Assembly: GCA_965227295.1 (NCBI GenBank)
Contig: OZ245742.1
Span: 2,432,001 to 2,496,000 of the forward strand
Origin: Leptonemataceae bacterium
GTDB lineage: Bacteria > Spirochaetota > Leptospiria > Leptospirales > Leptonemataceae
DNA length: 64,000 nucleotides
Reading direction: 5' to 3'
Shown: positions 9,878 through 20,648 of the stretch, in pieces
Layout of the letters: each line of letters opens with the position of its first letter
Numbering within the stretch: position 1 is the stretch's first letter
Made by a program: the position numbers and the translations under genes
Notes under the pieces: generated by a model
The model's database searches: none
Told to the model about the DNA's origin: nothing
The model's input: the letters and a program-made list of their open reading frames with translations, nothing else

Positions 9878-11168
9878 GTTGGCCGTCTCCCCCGCTGTCC
9901 GGCGAATCCAGGTCCGGTGCGTCGTTTACCACGGTTCCCAGGAATTGTTTTTGCAGTTCGAACTCCGGGTTGTACTCCGGGCCGCCCTGCATGGCCGCCG
10001 ACAGTTTGTTGAGTTTCTTTATGACGCCGCTCACCGACGGGCGGCTCAATTTTTCTTTAAGCGCGATCAGTTCAATCTCCACCAGCACGCGGGTTTCGTA
10101 GGAGTTGCGCAGGCGCAGCGCAAATGATTTCGTGAGCAGTGAGTAGACGCCTTCGAAGATCGTCGTGAGCCGCACGGCGTCGAGCTCACTCAGTCTTTCC
10201 TGGAGCGTGTGGATCTCGGGGCCGGGAATGCCCAGAAACTCCGGATCGTCCACGCCCCGGCGGACGTGAATGGCCATGCGCAGAAAGTCCAGATACTCCC
10301 AGATGAAACGCCCCAGGTCGCCGCCGGAAGCGAAGACCTCGTGGATGGGCTGCAAAAGATCGTTCTGCGAATCGCCTGTGCCGTGGAGTTGTTCGGTGAG
10401 TTCCAGGAATAATTCCAGCGGGACGTGGCCGGTCAGTTCCTTCACTTTCGCGGCCTCGAGTTTGTCCCCGCAGTAGGTGATGGCCTGTTCCATAAACGAC
10501 AGGCTGTCGCGCACGGAGCCGTCGCCGCGCCGGGCGATCCAGAACAACGCCTCGTCCTCGGCGCCGATGCCCTCGCGTTCGCACAGCTCGCGCAGGTAGT
10601 TCTGAATGATCTTAAGTGGAACTTTTCGAAAGTTAAAGACCTGGCAGCGCGAGAGAATCGTTTCGGGGATTTTGTTCAGCTCGGTGGTGGCCAGAATGAA
10701 CATGACGTGCGGCGGCGGCTCTTCGAGGGTTTTCAGCAGGGCATTGAACGACTCGGTGGTGAGCATGTGGACTTCATCGATGATGTAGACCTTCTTGCGG
10801 GAGACCATGGGCTGGAACTTAACGTTCTCACGCAGTTCGCGCACGTGCTGGATGCCGCGGTGCGAGGCCGCGTCGATCTCCATGACGTCGAGGGAGTTGC
10901 CGGAGAGAATTGCGAGACACGATTCGCAGGCGTTGCAGGGTTCGCCGTCGTCACCGGGACTGAGGCAGTTCACGCGTTTGGCCAGCAGACGGGCGATGGT
11001 GGTTTTGCCCACACCCCGCGGACCGAAGAAGAGATACGCCGAGCCCAGGCGACCGGAGTCGAAGGCATTGCGCAACGCCCGCACGGCGGTCTGTTGTTCT
11101 ACGACTTCGCTGAACTTCTGCGGCCGGTACTTCCGGGCCAGGACGAGGTGAGGAGTGGTGGATTCCAT
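9870..11168 (-). CDS. dnaX: DNA polymerase III subunit gamma/tau
   Basis: LARKYRP, GPRGVGKTT, IIDEVHML, SRC, GSVRD motifs. Confidence 0.97.
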   Translation of the reverse strand: MESTTPHLVLARKYRPQKFSEVVEQQTAVRALRNAFDSGRLGSAYLFFGPRGVGKTTIARLLAKRVNCLSPGDDGEPCNACESCLAILSGNSLDVMEIDAASHRGIQHVRELRENVKFQPMVSRKKVYIIDEVHMLTTESFNALLKTLEEPPPHVMFILATTELNKIPETILSRCQVFNFRKVPLKIIQNYLRELCEREGIGAEDEALFWIARRGDGSVRDSLSFMEQAITYCGDKLEAAKVKELTGHVPLELFLELTEQLHGTGDSQNDLLQPIHEVFASGGDLGRFIWEYLDFLRMAIHVRRGVDDPEFLGIPGPEIHTLQERLSELDAVRLTTIFEGVYSLLTKSFALRLRNSYETRVLVEIELIALKEKLSRPSVSGVIKKLNKLSAAMQGGPEYNPEFELQKQFLGTVVNDAPDLDSPDSGGDGQHE

Positions 11169-11180
11169 ATATTATTTAGA

Positions 11181-11292
11181 ACTCCGAGGACCGCGGGGCC
11201 GAGGTTTCTTTAGGGAGGATGGTCGCAGGGAGAGCGCATGCAGGTTCTGGTTGCTCTCCGGTTCTGTTTCTCGGTACCTCGGCCCTCGGAGT
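11181..11292. repeat. 112-bp MITE/REP-like element, copy 1 (inverted relative to the other two copies)
   Basis: ends ACTCCGAGGACCG... and ...CGGCCCTCGGAGT; homologous to 14329-14438 and 63141-63252. Confidence 0.8.
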
Positions 11293-11368
11293 TCCATCGT
11301 ATTTAATAAGAACCGCGCGAACCCGCAAGATGGTTGTCCCGTGCTCTGCGGTCAAGAAAATGGACGGC

Positions 11369-11941
11369 ATGGCATCGATCGCGGTTATCGCCGGTCTGGG
11401 CAATCCCGGAGAGAAGTATCGCATGACGCGGCACAACGCGGGCTTTCTGGTCGTGGAGGAACTGGCGCGCCGTCTGAACGTTCCATTGAGCGATCAGAAA
11501 TGGAAGGCCGAGTTCGGTCGCGGACGGGCGCGGGTACCCCGGGGCGACGGGAGTGAGATAACCTGCGACGTGGTGCTGCTGAAACCCCTGGACTTCATGA
11601 ATCACAGCGGACGTTCGGTGGGCCCGGCGCTGAAATTCTTTCAGGCCGGAGTGGACGATCTGCTCGTGGTGCACGACGAAAGTGAGATTGCCTTCGCCGA
11701 ACTGCGAACCAAGGTCGGTGGCGGCCACAAGGGGCACAACGGCCTGCGGGACATCATCGATCAGACCGGCTCCCGGGATTTCCATCGCTTGCGGGTGGGC
11801 GTCGGCCGGCCTGCCGAGGGCCGCGGCCTGGCCGATTACCTGCTGGGGCCTTTCAGCAAGGACGAGCAGGGCGAACTCCCCCATCTTGTGGACCGCGCCG
11901 TGGATGAGTCTCTCAAATGGCTGGCTGCCCGGGCCGGCTGA
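11369..11941 (+). CDS. pth: peptidyl-tRNA hydrolase
   Basis: GLGNPG, TRHNAGF, FMNHSG, VHDE, GHNGL, RLRVGVGRP. Confidence 0.97.
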   Translation: MASIAVIAGLGNPGEKYRMTRHNAGFLVVEELARRLNVPLSDQKWKAEFGRGRARVPRGDGSEITCDVVLLKPLDFMNHSGRSVGPALKFFQAGVDDLLVVHDESEIAFAELRTKVGGGHKGHNGLRDIIDQTGSRDFHRLRVGVGRPAEGRGLADYLLGPFSKDEQGELPHLVDRAVDESLKWLAARAG

Positions 11942-12093
11942 ACGTTTGCGGCCTGTGAATCCTTCCCACCCCGGCAAACTCTGCCGAAATCTCCTGATTC
12001 CGCCTGCCTCCGGCGCAAAAATTCATTGCGATTTTAGTGAGGTCTCATCAATATTTAGTGAGCATATGCAGGTGCATTTGCGTCGGATAAGGC

Positions 12094-12414
12094 ATGGCGT
12101 CACAGGCTGGAACACAACATCGGAACCTCGAACTCCGCACCGAGGCCAAGCTGGAGTACTGGGACGAAAGCTATCCTGATCACTGTCGCACGCTGTACGC
12201 GGACTGGATGCGGGCCGGAGCGCGGCAAGAGGACGGCCAGGTCATCTGGAGACAAATGGCCCGGCAGGAACTGAACCGGAACCGCGGCCTGGCCCTCTAT
12301 CTCCGCGAGCGCCTGGGCGCCGGCGACGACGCCGAGCGGCGTCTCATCCAGGATGTGATCCGTTCTCCCGAGCATACCTCGTCGAGCTACCACTCGGTTC
12401 CGTCCGGGGTTTGA
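12094..12414 (+). CDS. hypothetical protein
   Basis: 106-aa ORF with host-like codon usage; no recognisable motif. Confidence 0.55.
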   Translation: MASQAGTQHRNLELRTEAKLEYWDESYPDHCRTLYADWMRAGARQEDGQVIWRQMARQELNRNRGLALYLRERLGAGDDAERRLIQDVIRSPEHTSSSYHSVPSGV

Positions 12415-12432
12415 TTTTGTGGTACGCCGGTG

Positions 12433-13500
12433 CCACAACTCTTGAACTATCGGAAAGTTTTATTTGTTCGAGTACGCCCCGAATCGTGATGTAAGTTGCG
12501 GACAGTGTGCATTAAGGCCTTTATGGTTACGGCTGGTTCCAGCAGATGAGCGGAGGTCATGCCGGGGAATGTGGTAAGGCGCACCGGAACGGCGTCTTCG
12601 CCGTAGGAAACGCTCCGGTAGCTGAGTCACAAACCGACGTCCGGTGTCGGCAAGGCCCCGCTTGTTGGGGCCGCGGCAGTTGGTTCCCCACTGGCGGACT
12701 ATCTTAACAAGACGAAAAACCACAACTCCCGCTTCGCTGTAGCCAAAAAAGCCCTTCACGATTGCGCAATTTAGCTGATGTTTCTCGCGGCAACCGCTGC
12801 GAACCGCAGCTCTTGATCTACCGGAAAGTTTTATTCGTTCGAGTACGCCCCGAATCGTGGTGTAAGTTGCGGCCAGTTTGGATTAAGACTTTTATTGGTA
12901 CAGCTGGTTCCAGGCGACCACGGAGGTCATGCCGGGGAATGTGGTAAGGCGCACCGGAACGGCGTCTTCGTCGCAAGAAACGTTGCGGGAGCTGAGTCAC
13001 AATCCGACGTCCGGGTCGAACACAGCGTTCTTAGCAAAACGAAAATCCACAACTCCCGCTTCGCCGTAGCCAAAAAAAGCCCTTCAACGTTTTACGACTT
13101 ACTTCACGTTCCTCACGGCAACCGCTGCGAACCGCAGCTCTTGAACTACCGGAAAGTTTTATTCGTTCGAGTATGCCCCGAATCGTGGTGTAAGTTGCGG
13201 CCAGTGTGCATTAAGGCCTTTATGGTTACGGCTCGTTCCAGGCGACCACGGAGGTTGTGCCGGGGAATGTGGTACGGCGCACCGGAACGGCGTCTTCGCC
13301 GTAGGAAACGCTGCGGGAGTTGAGTCGTTAACCGACGTCCGGGTCGAGGCGGACTATCTTAACAAAACGAAAATCCACAACTCCCGCAAAGCTGTAGCCA
13401 AATCAACCCCTCAGCCATTGCGCAACTTACTTTATGTGTCTCACGGCAAACGCCGTGAACCGCAGCTCTTGAACTACCGAAAACGTTTGATTTGCTTCGA
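12433..13500. repeat. tandem array of about 330-bp non-coding, hairpin-rich units (3 full plus 1 partial)
   Basis: anchor CTTGA(A/T)CTA(T/C)CG(G/A)AA recurs at 12441, 12812, 13140, 13468 (periods 371, 328, 328). Confidence 0.95.
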
Positions 13501-13510
13501 GGAGTATCCT

Positions 13511-14311
13511 TCAGCGCAAATCGTATTCGTCCACGAAGCCGGCGACGGCGTCGAAGTATTTGTCGACGTGCATAAGAATGTCGTTGTGTCCCGCGTCCAG
13601 GATGCACTTGCGTTTACGATCATGGGGCACGGCTTCGAAGTTTTCTTCGGCCTGTTCCGGCGGGAGCAGGTAATCACTCGCGCCGTGGATGATCAGAACC
13701 GGTAACTGTAACTCTTTTAATTTTAAGTGATTCGAGAATTCCGTGTAGAGGCGCTGCTCGTGTTCGCCGGCATCGATCTGAAAGAGACGCAGCAGGTGGC
13801 GTACATCGCTGAAGCCGCTTTCCAGGATGAGGCTGCTGAAGCGTTCGGACATCTCCCGGGCGAGCAATGCCGCCGGCCCGCTGCCCAACGAACGGCCGAA
13901 GAGAATCGGCCGCGGGGCCCCGGAGTCCGCCGCCCCGAGTTGCGCGAGCTCGTTCAGGAAAAACTCGGCGGCGGGAATCGCATCCGAGCGCAGGTTCCGC
14001 GGCGTGGGTTTGCCGTCGCTCCAGCCGTAGCCGCGATAGTCGACCATGAACAGGTTCAATCGAATGCGATGATAGTACGGCGCGATGGCGTCATAGTCGG
14101 AGACGATCTCGCCGTTGCCGTGAAACGCAAAGACCGTCGGCCACGCCGGATCGGCGAGATACCAGCGCGCGCCCAGGGAGGTCGTGTCTTCTACGGGGAT
14201 GTCATAGTCGCGAGCGTTCGGCGGCGGATCGTTCCGGAACTTGCGAGGAAAAAAGATCGCCGCGGCAAACTCGGGATCACTGAGGAATTGTTCGTAACTT
14301 CTGCCGGGCAT
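13511..14311 (-). CDS. alpha/beta fold hydrolase (ABHD13/BEM46-like)
   Basis: FHGNGE, DYRGYG, GRSLG nucleophile, IHGASD, GHND. Confidence 0.93.
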   Translation of the reverse strand: MPGRSYEQFLSDPEFAAAIFFPRKFRNDPPPNARDYDIPVEDTTSLGARWYLADPAWPTVFAFHGNGEIVSDYDAIAPYYHRIRLNLFMVDYRGYGWSDGKPTPRNLRSDAIPAAEFFLNELAQLGAADSGAPRPILFGRSLGSGPAALLAREMSERFSSLILESGFSDVRHLLRLFQIDAGEHEQRLYTEFSNHLKLKELQLPVLIIHGASDYLLPPEQAEENFEAVPHDRKRKCILDAGHNDILMHVDKYFDAVAGFVDEYDLR

Positions 14312-14328
14312 ACTTTAACAATCTTTCC

Positions 14329-14438
14329 ACTCCGAGGACCGAGTTACCGAGTCAAGAAAACCGAGCGCCGTCATAGCCCGCGTGCTTGAAGCAAACGAAA
14401 GCCTCCACAAAAAACCTCGGCCCCTCGGTCCTCGGAGT
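14329..14438. repeat. 110-bp MITE/REP-like element, copy 2
   Basis: perfect 15-bp terminal IR ACTCCGAGGACCGAG / CTCGGTCCTCGGAGT. Confidence 0.85.
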
Positions 14439-14455
14439 CGGATCTTTTACAGAAT

Positions 14456-15676
14456 TCAGTCGTCGTTCTGATAGATCTTTTTCAGATCACCCGCGATGTT
14501 TTTTTGCATGGCCTCGTTCGTGCCGCCGCCGATGCTCAGTAGAATGGCGTCGCGCAGCATACGTTCCACCGGATACTCGCGGATGTAACCGTAGCCGCCC
14601 AGGACCTGGATGGCGTTGCGTGCCACGCGTTCGGCCATGTTCGTGGCGACGAGTTTCGCGGACGCGGCGCCGAGAGAATTGCGCGAGTCCGGATTGAGCT
14701 TCGCGGCGACGTCGTAGACCAGGGTCTTCGCGGCCAGGTAGTCCGCGTAGCTCTCGGAGAGGAGTCGCTGGATTTGCCCGTGATCCACGAGGGCTTTGCC
14801 GAAAGACTTGCGATCGTTAATGGAATAGTTCGCCATCTCGTCGATGCAGCGCCGGGCGATGCCGATGGACTGCGCCGCCAGCGTGACGCGTTCGATCTCC
14901 AGATTGCGCATCATCGATTTGACGCCTTTGTTCTCGGCGCCCAGTAAGTTCTCCGCGGGAACTTCTAAGTCCTCGAAGTACAGGACGCAGGTGTTCGAGG
15001 CCTTCATACCCATCTTGCGCTCTTTCTTGCCGACCTGAAAGCCCGGCCACGCGCTCTCAATGAGGAAGGTGGTCATGGCCTTTTCGTTCGGATCCAGCTT
15101 TGCGTAGATGCAGAAGTAGTCGCCGACGTCGCCGTTCGTAATGAACTGCTTCGCCCCGTTGAGCACGTAGCGATCGCCCTTCTTCACGGCGGTGGTGCTC
15201 ATGCCCAGGACGTCCGTGCCGACGGAGGGTTCGGTCATGCCCATGCCGCCGACCTTCGAACCGTCCAGGACGCCCGGCAGGTACCGGCGGCGCTGTTCAT
15301 CGTTCGCGTTCACGAACATGTTGTTCACGAAGAGTACCTCGTGGGCGAGGTACGAGAGCGTAAACGCCGGATCGGTGCGGGACAGCTCCTCATGCACAAT
15401 GCACTCGGCCACGGCGTCCATGCCGGCCCCGCCGTACTCCTCGGGGACCGTGAGGCCGAAGAGGCCCAGTTCGGAGCCCAGGCGCCGGAAGAGTTCGATG
15501 TTGAAGGTCTCCGACTCGTCGTATTGCTCCGCCTGGGCTTCGACTTCGCTCAGGCTGAATTTTTCCACCATCTCCCGGAGTTCCCGATGCGCGGGAGTAG
15601 GGTTGAACAGATCGTGGGTGTCTTTTTCGAGATTTTCCGGGGATGCTTGCGGGGAATTTGCTGCGATGGCCGTCAT
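14456..15676 (-). CDS. acyl-CoA dehydrogenase (isovaleryl-CoA dehydrogenase-like)
   Basis: GMGMTEPSVGTD, NGAKQFITNG, QVLGGYGY, IGGGTNE; near etfBA. Confidence 0.93.
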   Translation of the reverse strand: MTAIAANSPQASPENLEKDTHDLFNPTPAHRELREMVEKFSLSEVEAQAEQYDESETFNIELFRRLGSELGLFGLTVPEEYGGAGMDAVAECIVHEELSRTDPAFTLSYLAHEVLFVNNMFVNANDEQRRRYLPGVLDGSKVGGMGMTEPSVGTDVLGMSTTAVKKGDRYVLNGAKQFITNGDVGDYFCIYAKLDPNEKAMTTFLIESAWPGFQVGKKERKMGMKASNTCVLYFEDLEVPAENLLGAENKGVKSMMRNLEIERVTLAAQSIGIARRCIDEMANYSINDRKSFGKALVDHGQIQRLLSESYADYLAAKTLVYDVAAKLNPDSRNSLGAASAKLVATNMAERVARNAIQVLGGYGYIREYPVERMLRDAILLSIGGGTNEAMQKNIAGDLKKIYQNDD

Positions 15677-15784
15677 ATCCAGTAAGGAATAAGGATTCCG
15701 TCGCGGAAGTCTACTTTTTTCCGTACGGCCCGCGTTTCTACTTTCCACACTACGGAGGCCCGAAAGCCTGGATCCGTCGCTCTT

Positions 15785-16165
15785 ATGTTCTCAGGGATGT
15801 CTCTGCCACTGTTCATCGCGGCCATTGCCGATGCCGTGATCGTCGTCGCGCTCCACGCTTACCTCGGTCGACTCTACCGGAACGCTCTGACGAGCATCGA
15901 AGAGAAGAACGCCGGCTTCTGGTTTTACTATCGCGAGGCCATGCGCCGCGTCCTGTCCGGCCGACCGGGCTCCGGCGAGTGGTTGATCTGCGTGCACTAC
16001 ATCGCGCTGCATCTTCTCGTGCCCTTGCTGGGCTTCGGTCTATTTCTGAGAACGGACGGAAACTTCATCGTAGTCATCCTTACCGTCTTCTGGAGTGTGC
16101 AGTTGGTGCAGCGTCTCTTTCCCGGCAACGACGACGAGGAAACGGCGCACGAGCCGAAGCATTGA
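15785..16165 (+). CDS. hypothetical membrane protein
   Basis: about 3 hydrophobic segments. Confidence 0.6.
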   Translation: MFSGMSLPLFIAAIADAVIVVALHAYLGRLYRNALTSIEEKNAGFWFYYREAMRRVLSGRPGSGEWLICVHYIALHLLVPLLGFGLFLRTDGNFIVVILTVFWSVQLVQRLFPGNDDEETAHEPKH

Positions 16166-16322
16166 CGGGATTTCCCGGGATGCCCCGGGGAATTTCATTG
16201 ACCGGGCATCTCCTTACAAAATCGTTGCACTCCCGGAGCGGGCGTTTCGACGTACCGCTTTTGTTGTGTTTTTACCAATATAACGCTCGCAAATACTACA
16301 TTCACAGGAGACATAGCCCCTC

Positions 16323-17084
16323 ATGAATATCTTCGTACTGGTGAAGCAGGTCCCCGATACCGAAACCCGAATTAAGACTCAGGGCACGGGCATCGACGAA
16401 AACGGGATCAAGTGGATCGTATCCCCCTTCGATGAGCACGCTCTGGAAGAAGCGCTGCGTCAGAAAGAAAAAGCCGGCGCCACGGTTACGGCCGTTTCCC
16501 TCGGACCGGCCCGCTGTGTAGAAGCGCTGCGCACCGCGTACGCCCTCGGCGTGGACAACGCAATTCACCTGAAAGAAGACGAGTACAATGTCTTCGACGT
16601 GAACCACACCGCCGCCACCCTGGCCGCCTTCTTAAAGGACGCGGGTGCCGACGTCATCCTGTCCGGTCACATCGCCATTGACTCCCAGTCCTCCATGGTT
16701 CCGGCCATGATCGCCGAGCGCCTGGGCGTCGCAAACATCAACAACGCCATCGAGCTCAGCATCGACGGCGGCAAAGTAAAGGTTAAACGCGAGATCGAAG
16801 GCGGCACCGCCGAGATGGAATCGGCCACGCCGGTGGTCATTACGGCTGCCAAGAACCTGAACGATCCGCGGTACCCGTCGCTCAAGGGCATCATGGCTTC
16901 CAAGAAGAAGAAGATCGAAGAGAAGTCCGCCGCGGATCTCGGTGTGGATGCTCCGAAGATCGAAATGCTGAACATGGAACCGCCGCCTCCGCGTCCCCCG
17001 GGACGCATCGTCGAAGGCGACTCTCCGGAAGCGAAGGCCGCCGAGGTGGTTAAGGCCCTGCGCGACGAAGCGAAGGTCGTTTAA
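16323..17084 (+). CDS. etfB: electron transfer flavoprotein beta subunit
   Basis: MNIFVLVKQVPD, ALEEALR, PRYPSLKGIM. Confidence 0.97.
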   Translation: MNIFVLVKQVPDTETRIKTQGTGIDENGIKWIVSPFDEHALEEALRQKEKAGATVTAVSLGPARCVEALRTAYALGVDNAIHLKEDEYNVFDVNHTAATLAAFLKDAGADVILSGHIAIDSQSSMVPAMIAERLGVANINNAIELSIDGGKVKVKREIEGGTAEMESATPVVITAAKNLNDPRYPSLKGIMASKKKKIEEKSAADLGVDAPKIEMLNMEPPPPRPPGRIVEGDSPEAKAAEVVKALRDEAKVV

Positions 17085-17128
17085 TCGCACACCATTTCGA
17101 ACAGGAAGTTATACAGGAGTAATCAACA

Positions 17129-18067
17129 ATGGCAGTACTTGCAGTCGCCGAACTCAAAGGCGAAGATCTTAAGAAAGTCTCAAAAGAACTCGTTTCCGCG
17201 GGCCGCAAGATCAGCGATCAGGTGATCGCCCTTCTGATCAACGGTACCGACGCTCACGCAAAAGAACTCTTCGAAGCCGGCGCCGATATCGTCGTGAAAA
17301 ACGGCACCGCCGAATACAGCCCGCAGGGTTACGCGAACGTGGCCGCCGCGGTGGCTCAGGAAAAGGGCGTGAAGGTCGTCCTCGCTCCGCATTCCGTACA
17401 GGGCAAAGACTTCGCCGGCCGCCTGGCCGTGAAGCTGAACGCCACCCTGGCCGCGGACGTGGTGGAAATCAAAGGTTCCGAAGACGCGGTGGAAATTCGT
17501 AAGCCGGTGTACTCCGGTAAAGCCTACGCGAACATGAAGCTGAGCGGCGGCGCGGTGGTTACCATTCGCCCGAACTCTCAGGAAATCATCAGCCACTCCG
17601 GCCCGGAGACCATTGAATCTTCCGACGCCGGCGAGGGCGAAGTTACCGCACGCCTGGCCAACATTGACGGCGCCGCGGGCACCAAGATTCAGCTCACCGA
17701 AGCTCCGATCATCGTATCCGGTGGTCGCGGCATCAAGGGCCCGGAAAACTGGCCGCTGCTTCAGGAACTCTGCGACACCATCGGTGCCGCCCTGGGCGCC
17801 AGCCGTGCCGCTGTAGACGCCGGCTGGATCGATCATGCGCATCAGGTCGGCCAGACCGGTAAAACGGTCTCCCCGAACTGTTATATTGCTTGCGGGATCT
17901 CGGGAGCGATCCAGCATCTGGCGGGCATGGGTTCCTCGAAAGTGATCGTCGCGGTCAACAAGGACCCGGAAGCCCCCATCTTCAAAGTGGCAACGTACGG
18001 GGTTGTGGATGATCTCTTTCAGGTGGTTCCGGCACTCACCGCCGAGTTCAAAAAAGTTCTCGGCTGA
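17129..18067 (+). CDS. etfA: electron transfer flavoprotein alpha subunit
   Basis: [41 protein letters not shown]. Confidence 0.97.
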   Translation: MAVLAVAELKGEDLKKVSKELVSAGRKISDQVIALLINGTDAHAKELFEAGADIVVKNGTAEYSPQGYANVAAAVAQEKGVKVVLAPHSVQGKDFAGRLAVKLNATLAADVVEIKGSEDAVEIRKPVYSGKAYANMKLSGGAVVTIRPNSQEIISHSGPETIESSDAGEGEVTARLANIDGAAGTKIQLTEAPIIVSGGRGIKGPENWPLLQELCDTIGAALGASRAAVDAGWIDHAHQVGQTGKTVSPNCYIACGISGAIQHLAGMGSSKVIVAVNKDPEAPIFKVATYGVVDDLFQVVPALTAEFKKVLG

Positions 18068-18107
18068 GCATCGTGGAAAACGCGGCGTCGTTTGGGCGCC
18101 GCGATCC

Positions 18108-18677
18108 GTGATTTTCTTCTCTTTAATTGCAGGGCTGGTGCTTGCGTTCGCAACGCCGGCCCTTTATTCGCAGTCCGCGCCGCGGGAAGTACAGGCCGTC
18201 GTCCAGAAGATGGCCTCCCTCGGTAGTTTCCGCGCGAACGTCAGCATCGGCGGTGCGTCGGGTGTCCTGTCTTACTCCCGCGGTAAATTTCACTTAAAAC
18301 TCGGCGACGGTCGGGTAATTGCGAGCAACGGCCGCACCGTGGTCGTCTACAATCCCGCGAGCCGGGTGGCCGGAAAGCAACCGGTGGGCGGCGGCGGCGG
18401 ATTGGGCTGGTTACTCAGCGGTTTTGACTATCGTGTCGCGGGCAATCAGGCGACGGGGCGTGCCATCAACGGTTCCGCCCGGGTGTCCGAGGTAAAAATT
18501 GCCTGGAGCAGCGAGTACGTGCTGACGAAGCTGTCCATGAAGCGGCAGGACAGCGACTCGTGGTTTACGATTACGCTGCGGAACGTGCGTCCCGTTACGG
18601 GCTTTCCGGCCGCGCTCTTTTCGTACAAGCCCCCGGCGGGTTCACGAACGGTGGAGAACCCGCTCAACCGCAACTGA
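18108..18677 (+). CDS. LolA-like outer-membrane lipoprotein carrier; start uncertain
   Basis: signal peptide; IASNGRTVVVYNP and terminal LFSYKPPAG resemble LolA family motifs. Confidence 0.65.
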   Translation: MIFFSLIAGLVLAFATPALYSQSAPREVQAVVQKMASLGSFRANVSIGGASGVLSYSRGKFHLKLGDGRVIASNGRTVVVYNPASRVAGKQPVGGGGGLGWLLSGFDYRVAGNQATGRAINGSARVSEVKIAWSSEYVLTKLSMKRQDSDSWFTITLRNVRPVTGFPAALFSYKPPAGSRTVENPLNRN

Positions 18678-18731
18678 TCAACCAAACCCCGTTGCACTCC
18701 GGGCGCGCGTGCGCCGACAATCATCAGGCAG

Positions 18732-20576
18732 ATGGATCCCACGCTTACCACAGCTCAGGCGCATCAGTTGTTCGGGGAGCTGTACCGGAAGTCCCGTCCG
18801 GCCGAGCTCCAGGCCAAAGTCGATAAGATCGTCGAGTCCACGAACGACGTTTTCGTGCGGATCAAACGAATCGAGGACCTGGACGCGGGCTACGATGAGG
18901 AACGACGGCGTGCGCGGCAGCAAGAAGAGGCAGCCCGGGGCGGCGGCCAATCTCAACGCCGCGGCTCTGCCGGTGGCGGCGCTGGGCGTTCCAGTGCGAA
19001 GAAACGTCCGGCCACGAAGCAGCCGCAGAAATCGCAGCGTCGGCGGGGCGGTGGGGGCCTCTTCGCCTGGCTTTTCGGCGGTGGCGGCGGGAACGAGATC
19101 AGCCGCTGGGGCGAAGAGACGAAGACCCTGGAGTCCGGCTTCTTCAACGTAAATCCGAAACTCTCCCCGGCGGTGCCGGCGATTTTCGAAGGCGTGGTGC
19201 AGGAGCACATCTCCAATTGCGCGAAGGGCTTTCGCTTCGCGGCCGGCGGCGCCTGGGAAAACATGCCGCCGGAGAAGTACAACGCCATCATCGCCGCGTA
19301 CCAGTTCTTCAGTGAGTTCGTGAAGTGCGGACCGACCTTCCGCAAGTCCGAGAATCCGGAGGTCTGGATCACCGAAACGATCAAGATGCAGAAGTTCTAC
19401 GCGCTGCTCTTGCAGTTTCCGGACTACGCCCAGGTCATTACGAAAGAACTTCCGGAGTACTTAAAGAAGGTCCCGGACGCGCAGCCCTTCGCGGCGGCCG
19501 TGAAGATCGCCATGGACTACGTGGCCGGTCTCGAAAAACGCACGCCCACGTTGAAGAACGCTATCATTGCGCTGTATGTTCTCGCGCGCAAACGTTTAGT
19601 CTCCTGGGAAGACGTCACGGCGGAACTGAAGATCGGCAAGCCGGCGCTGGACAACTATCGCGGGCCGGAGCAGGTGATGACGCGCATCCAGCAGCGCATC
19701 ACCGATCTCAAGAACAAGTTCGAGAACGCCCAAAGCGAACTCAAAGAAATCGAAAAGATCAAGAACGAGTACTTCGACACCGACGACAACGGTCGCCTGC
19801 GAACGGACTTCCTGAATCCCATCGTCTCTCAGGTGGTGCACCGCAGCTACGGCGAAAACGCGATTACCGACAACCTGCTGGCCAGTTTCAAGCGCGAGCC
19901 GCATCGTTTGCTGTTCGCCACGCTGAAAGACTTCGACATTTCCTACACGAATTTCCTCGGCGGCTCCGTGAACGTACGCACGGACGGTCACCATCACGAG
20001 GACGTATTGATCTTCAAGCAGGGCCTGTTCCGGGCGCACCTGGATAAATTCAACGGCGTGTACCGTGACGCCGAGGCGTTCATGAAGAAGTACCGCGACA
20101 TCAGCTATTCCTTCGCGGACTTCATGAATGAACTCAAGAAGATGCCGGACGATCCCATTGTGCGGAGTTTTCATAACCTCGTCAAACATACGAACGATCT
20201 CTGGTCCAAGATCAACTTTGATTTGCAGACGGTCATCAACAACCATAAGAACGCGATGGAGCGCGAGCGCCTGGGCAAGATCAACGATCACATTAAACAA
20301 ACCCGGGCGACCCCCGTGGAAAGCTTCGAGATCGAGGCGCGCTTCATTCCCTTCGCCGACAACCGGGTCATTACTACGGATCGCCTGAACGACAAAACCG
20401 TTTCCCAGGTTCTGGAGGACATGGTGCGCAACATGTACAACTATCTTTACATTTTCCGGGACGCCGAGATGAACCGCGCCCTGAATTCCGGGCCGACGTT
20501 GATCAAACGCGCCGCCGAGCTGAAGGAAAAGCTCGGCCGCCTGGGAGTAAACACGGACGACCTCCCGGTCGGCTGA
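18732..20576 (+). CDS. hypothetical helical protein (614 aa)
   Basis: long ORF with strong host codon bias; Gly/Arg-rich linker near N-terminus. Confidence 0.8.
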   Translation: MDPTLTTAQAHQLFGELYRKSRPAELQAKVDKIVESTNDVFVRIKRIEDLDAGYDEERRRARQQEEAARGGGQSQRRGSAGGGAGRSSAKKRPATKQPQKSQRRRGGGGLFAWLFGGGGGNEISRWGEETKTLESGFFNVNPKLSPAVPAIFEGVVQEHISNCAKGFRFAAGGAWENMPPEKYNAIIAAYQFFSEFVKCGPTFRKSENPEVWITETIKMQKFYALLLQFPDYAQVITKELPEYLKKVPDAQPFAAAVKIAMDYVAGLEKRTPTLKNAIIALYVLARKRLVSWEDVTAELKIGKPALDNYRGPEQVMTRIQQRITDLKNKFENAQSELKEIEKIKNEYFDTDDNGRLRTDFLNPIVSQVVHRSYGENAITDNLLASFKREPHRLLFATLKDFDISYTNFLGGSVNVRTDGHHHEDVLIFKQGLFRAHLDKFNGVYRDAEAFMKKYRDISYSFADFMNELKKMPDDPIVRSFHNLVKHTNDLWSKINFDLQTVINNHKNAMERERLGKINDHIKQTRATPVESFEIEARFIPFADNRVITTDRLNDKTVSQVLEDMVRNMYNYLYIFRDAEMNRALNSGPTLIKRAAELKEKLGRLGVNTDDLPVG

Positions 20577-20648
20577 AGGCCGCATTCGTAATCATTACTG
20601 ACCTAAGCTTTACACAATACAATCTTTGCATTTCAGGAGTCTTTCATT

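Noticed and set aside
9870..11168. Programmed frameshift extending the short DnaX
   Set aside because: No A-AAA-AAG slippery site seen, and the stop overlaps the ybaB start, leaving no room for an extension
11169..11368. SRP RNA (ffs), often found upstream of dnaX
   Set aside because: No SRP domain IV motif (CAGG...GGAA...AGCAG) on either strand; the space is taken by the MITE-like element
12433..13500. CRISPR array or protein-coding repeat
   Set aside because: Units are about 330 bp and homologous along their full length, with no unique spacers and no cas genes; listed ORFs differ in frame and strand between units
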